Shown one piece after another: positions 61,212-64,000 of a stretch of 64,000 nt of DNA; positions within the stretch are counted from its first letter, which is position 1; the number at the start of each line of letters is the position of its first letter. Under the pieces are notes generated by a model. That model was not told where the DNA came from and searched no databases. It saw only the letters and a list, made by a program, of their open reading frames with translations. This DNA is from Chiloscyllium plagiosum (Eukaryota): positions 2,471,165-2,535,164 of the forward strand of contig NC_057719.1 of the NCBI RefSeq assembly GCF_004010195.1, read 5' to 3'. The position numbers were made by a program, and so were the translations under genes.

Positions 61212-64000
61212 TCTTTCTGAATCTGTGCCAATTTTCGAGGGTTATGCCTATAAGGATGTTGCTTAATTGGAACAGTATCTCCGATATCTACATCATGCAC
61301 AATTAGGTTAGTACTTCCCAGTTTATTTCTGTATATCTTCCCATGTGATAGTAATAACTCTTTCAGGTCATTTTGATTTCCTTGTGGAAGGTATCCCAAT
61401 TTTTCATAACTTCCCCATTGTCCAATTTGATGTGAGGAATGTCCAATGCAGAATCCTCTGAACGTGGTTCTTCCTTCTGTGCTGTAATCATTATCACCGT
61501 CTCCTCTTGCTTTCCTTCCCTATCAAAATACCCTTTGAGCGTATTCACATGACACACTCTGTGAGATTTCTTCCTGTCTGGAGTCCTTAACAATTAGTTC
61601 ACCTCACTCAATTTCCTCTTAATTTGATAAGGTCCACTAAACCTTGCTTTTAAAGGCTCACCTATTACTGGGAGTAACACCAATACCTTATCCCCAATTG
61701 CAAAATTGCAAATTTGCAATTTCTTATCTGCTTCCTGTTGCATTGTATGCTGGGATATGTTTAAATGCTGCCTAGCCAACTCTCCAGCTCTATTTAATCG
61801 TCCTCTAAAATGTGACACATTGTCCAAATGGGTGGTCTCTGAATTCTGACTTATAAATTTCTCCTGAATCAGTTTTAACGATCCTCTTACTACATGTCCA
61901 AAAATTAATTCAAATGGACTGAATTTGGTCGATTCATTTGGTGCATCTCTGATCGCAAAAAGTACAATCGGAATTCCCTTATCCCAATCATCTGGATAAT
62001 CCTGACCATAAGCCCTCAACATGCTCTTTAGTGTTTGATGCCATCTCCCTGCAATTCCGGATGGTACGCAGTAGATTTGAATTATTTTATTCCCAAGTTA
62101 TCCATAACCTCCTTGAATAGTTTGGATGTGAAGTTTGATCCTTGATCTGACTGAATCTCTATTGGTAGTCTGTATCTCGTACAAAATTTAAGTAATTCTT
62201 CTACAATCCTTTTAGCTGTGATGTTGCTTAGTGGGATTGCCTCTGGAAATCTAGGTGACCTATCCATTATTATACTTATTCTCCCATTTTATTTGAGGTT
62301 GGGGACCTACGCAACCAATCAAGACTGGTGGAATGTGCCTCAAATGCTGGAATAGGTATTAAAGGTGCAGGTTTTTTACTGCCTGTGGTTTTCTGATTAG
62401 CTGACATGTGTGACACATCTCGCAAAATTCAACTACATCTTTGTGCAGCCCAGGCAAGTAAAAGTATCTTTGTATTTTAGCCTGTGTTTTCCTCATTCCT
62501 AAATGGCCTCCAAGTGGTAGCTCATGCGCCACTTGCAGCACCTCCTTTCTATACCGTACTGGCAAAAGAATTTGATGAATCTCTGCCCATTTCTCATCTG
62601 CTTCAATGTGTGATGGTCTCCACTTCCTCATTAAGACATCATTTGTTAAGTAATAACACACAGAGATGCATTCACTCTCCTTCTCTGTATGTGCATTTTG
62701 ATACAACTGTTTTAACTTCTCATCTTTCTGCTGTAACTCAATAAGCATAGCAGAGCTAAAGATACTTGCATGTACCCATTCTGTCCCACTTATCTGATCA
62801 AGGAAAGTTTCTGATAAAGCTATGTCAGCTTCCTTATCTGTGCCCTTTGATCTCTCCTGCTTCAGCTTGTTCCTCTGTGATCTTGTGATCACACAATCAG
62901 GGAAAATTCCTGGATAAACATTCTCCATGTCTTTAGTTGCCTGCGTCTCTACTGGCTCTTCAACTAGAGGAGGCAGCACACCTACTGGTGAATCAGCTAT
63001 ATCATTCGCAAGGACAATTTTTATTCTTGGAGCTGAGAGTGTGTCCAGTACTCCTACCACAAATTCCCCACTCTTGTTGGTCTCTCTTGCCTCACTTTAT
63101 GTAACTGAGCACTTTTTTGTCTCACCATGAATTCCTGTTACCAGCACCTTTTCTGGCAGTAGTCCCTCAGGAGTACATATCTCCTCATCCTTCAGCAATA
63201 CAGACTGAGAGGATCCTGTGCCCCTTTAATACTGTAACCTCTATACCTGTTACTCCTGGCTTCTGTGAATAAACTTTACCCTGGCACGTATATTTTTTAA
63301 GCAGATCTGGGACTTCCTCCTTAATCGATCTCTGACCATCTTGTGCACTCTGGGGCAGTTGTCTAACCTCCCTGGTGCTTTTTGTTACTAGTCCAACAAA
63401 ACTCCCAGGCTTGTTCAGTTTTCCTACATCTGCCTTTCTCCTCACCCACCAACACTGTGATTTTGTGTCGCCCACTTTATTACAATGAAAATACTTGAGC
63501 TTTTTAACCTCTTTGTCCCTCTCAGGGGTTTCTTTTTCACCCTGTGGTAAGTTCTCCTTGTGATCTTCACTGAGATTTACCTTTCCCTTTCCACGTGAGG
63601 GTATCTCTTTGCCCCAGTTTCTATCCCTCATGGACTGAAATTGATTCTGGAAGCCAAACCATGTTTTATGGACTTGCTCATAACCATCAGCCACTCCAGC
63701 TGCTAACCTCGCTGTTTTAACTCTCTGCTCTTCCACATGAGTTTGCACTACTTCCTTGCTAAGGTTACCCTCAGCCTTTATCTCCAGCTTTTTCATCTGA
63801 CTTCCCTTTTTAAATGTCAGTTTTTGAAGTTCAAAAATTCTCTCTTTTTCTTTCTCTTTTATTGCTCTCTCTTTTTCTCACTCTTCCTCTTCTCTCTCTT
63901 TTTCTTTCTCTTCTGCTTCTAATCGTGACTCAAACTGTTTCATTTCTGCTGTTTCCTTATCTCTCACCTCTAACTTAAACTGCTTCATTTGCAATTGAAT
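61212..64000 (-). mobile_element. Gmr1-like Ty3/Gypsy LTR retrotransposon internal region (gag-PR-INT-start of RT), pseudogenised
   Basis: Minus-strand order: K/E-rich coiled coil, VQTHVEEQ..ADGY, degenerate zinc knuckle, protease GTGSSQS (~63200-63223), HHCC (HELPLGGHLG..CHTCQ), SDQGSNF core, GPY motif, then the RT lead-in VDIGDTVPIKQHPYR. Confidence 0.9.

Overview
Eukaryotic, repeat-rich vertebrate DNA, almost certainly cartilaginous fish (shark-type HE1 SINEs and CR1/HER1 LINEs; species not determinable from the sequence). It has four assembly gaps. The only convincing host protein-coding gene is an intact, uninterrupted 343-aa class A GPCR of the G2A/GPR132 group (14675-15706, +), preceded by a splice acceptor and an overlapping upstream ORF. 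The rest is mostly decayed mobile DNA: CR1 LINE fragments, a second APE-RT LINE family with a partner tRNA-SINE, HE1 SINEs, Rex1/Babar fragments, a Tigger-like MITE and two Gmr1-type Gypsy remnants (one shows integrase before RT). There is also a 69-bp satellite and a ~4.9-kb 14-bp minisatellite with higher-order repeats. The most striking non-obvious signal is about 20 short Penelope-type terminal-repeat insertions from several families, many carrying minimal hammerhead-ribozyme cores (CTGANGA-stemII-GAAACGT(C/T)). Many are hairpins, several have 10-16 bp target-site duplications, and one sits in a 189-bp tandem dimer. All repeat identities come from motif recognition by eye and their boundaries are approximate. 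No CRISPR or prokaryotic system is present.
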